A DNA stretch of 63,498 nucleotides, counting the filler, from Hyphochytrium catenoides (taxonomy: Eukaryota > Protista > Hyphochytriomycota): the NCBI GenBank assembly GCA_900088475.1. It is 10 parts of 10 records of this genome, joined end to end, with 100 filler letters (N's around TTAATTAATTAA, not from the genome) between each part and the next. Parts side by side here need not be neighbours in the genome. Positions count along the whole stretch, not along the records: positions 60,811 to 63,498 come from FLMG01001288.1; 9 more parts are not named here. One strand, 5' to 3'. Position numbers and translations under genes: made by a program. The notes below the pieces were generated by a model that searched no databases, was not told where the DNA came from, and worked only from the letters and a program-made list of their open reading frames with translations. Shown here piece after piece: positions 62,245-63,498 of this stretch (position 1 is its first letter; each line of letters opens with the position of its first letter).

Positions 62245-63498
62245 TGTTGGATTATATGGGATGATTAGACAATGTCATTAGATGAGAGTGCTCTACTTAT
62301 AGGACCCAACTGGGGTCCCATAATTTAGAGCTATTCTGACTATGCCAACTATTCCTAATATAGTCTAAGATATGGAGTTATAGAGGTATCCCTGTCTAGA
62401 ATAGTGAGTCCTGGAGGTATTCCGGGGTACTGACCATAAGCCATAGATATACACGGTGACATTTCCTTTACTTCATATCTGGCTTCTACTGGGAGTTTAG
62501 AGCTGAAACTTGGGTACTTAAGCTTGCCAGCTTGTAGTCCACATAGCTGTGCCCTCAGACTCCAACACCTCCCCGCAGCTCAAACTCCCTCTTGTGAAGG
62601 GTCGAAGCTGACCATTCAACACCTCCCCGCATGCTGTAGACCCGCTAGAAAGAGAGTACTTGGTTTTTGGCTTTCCATTGCACACATTTTTCGACGTACG
62701 ATGAACAGCGAGGTTGGCGAGGTGTTGTTTCCTTAGCCTCTTTGATAAATGAGTCGAGATCTCCAGAAAATTCCACATTGTCTGATTGCTTCAGTGCTAG
62801 GTAGAAAGAGTGGAGAATATTGTCTTTAGCGTCAAGCTTTCCTTGATTCGAGGCCTGCGTATTGCTTAATTGTCCTTCATTTGGATCCTTGGGACCTTGA
62901 TATTGGTTGACTCCTGTCCGTTGCTTCCTCTTCGGAAAGAGATACTTTAGCTGGTTGTTGAGATGCTTCCTTAGTGATGAGCTGGTTGTATTCTTCAGTT
63001 CTTCTCAGTAGTACCTTGACTGCCTCACGATAAGAAGTCTTCTTCTTTGTTGAAGATAAATCAATAATTTTCTTCAAAGCTTTTGACAGATTCCTTTTAG
63101 AGCGTGATTTCCAGAAAGACGGTCTGTGATGAGCGTTCTGCTCGAGTTCCCAGCATTTCTCCGAAGAATGGCTGCGACTTCCCGCAAAATGGGCACTCCG
63201 GCCATTGGTCGCGAAGTTTAATGTTTGATGATGATGCTGATGACCCTGGATGAGCCGTGTTCTTGGTCTCGTGATGACGGTGATGATGAGGTTCCTTTAT
63301 CGTTTGTTGGTGTAGAGTGTATGCTGCAAAGCCTTCTTCTTCTTCATCATAATTCTTATTGGTAGTGCGCATAGCAGCACGTCTTCGGTGTTGTTCTCCG
63401 ACAAGAATATCATCTATGGCACTTGCACATAGTTCCCCCGTTCCATGCACTTAGATGGCTTGAGCAATACCTTCATATGAGGGTGGAAGGGCCATAAG
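62245..63498 (-). mobile_element. Family A LTR element, longer gag-bearing copy (runs off window)
   Basis: LTR 62245-62567 and PPT as in 5615-7031. Gag remnants ALPPSYEGIAQAI and a frameshifted zinc knuckle CPFCGK-SHSSEKCW lie only about 0.6 kb from the PPT, with no pol between. Confidence 0.85.

Overview
Eukaryotic nuclear DNA, not prokaryotic. The window is ten unlinked contigs joined by nine artificial 100-bp spacers (44 N + TTAATTAATTAA + 44 N), so gene order across spacers has no biological meaning. Contigs 1 (1-10226) and 10 (60811-63498) are nests of decayed Ty1/Copia retrotransposons. They include an intact 565-bp TRIM with a perfect 5-bp TSD, a non-autonomous Copia family with a half-tRNA-iMet type PBS, two further LTR families and a decayed tRNA-Ala-like sequence. 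The other contigs hold intron-rich genes whose introns are filled with (CT)n/(GA)n tracts, which create most of the spurious ORFs in the track. Genes spliced by hand: Ariadne-type RBR E3 ligase C-terminus; a receptor cyclase (ANF-receptor-like ectodomain, filamin repeat, one TM, two complementary cyclase domains); an LRR/coiled-coil protein with a degenerate kinesin-14-type motor; a VAMP7-like longin with Asn at the zero layer; a PAN/Apple protein; an inositol 5-phosphatase-C2-CaaX protein with a GC-AG intron; a CobS-like cobalamin synthase; mucin-like proteins; and a TTC16-like TPR protein. Gene content suggests a flagellated stramenopile, possibly oomycete-like (inference only). The best leads are the receptor cyclase, the pseudo-kinesin, eukaryotic CobS, the non-autonomous LTR elements and a candidate structured RNA at about 16.6-16.9 kb. 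No single multi-gene novel system can be demonstrated from this window.
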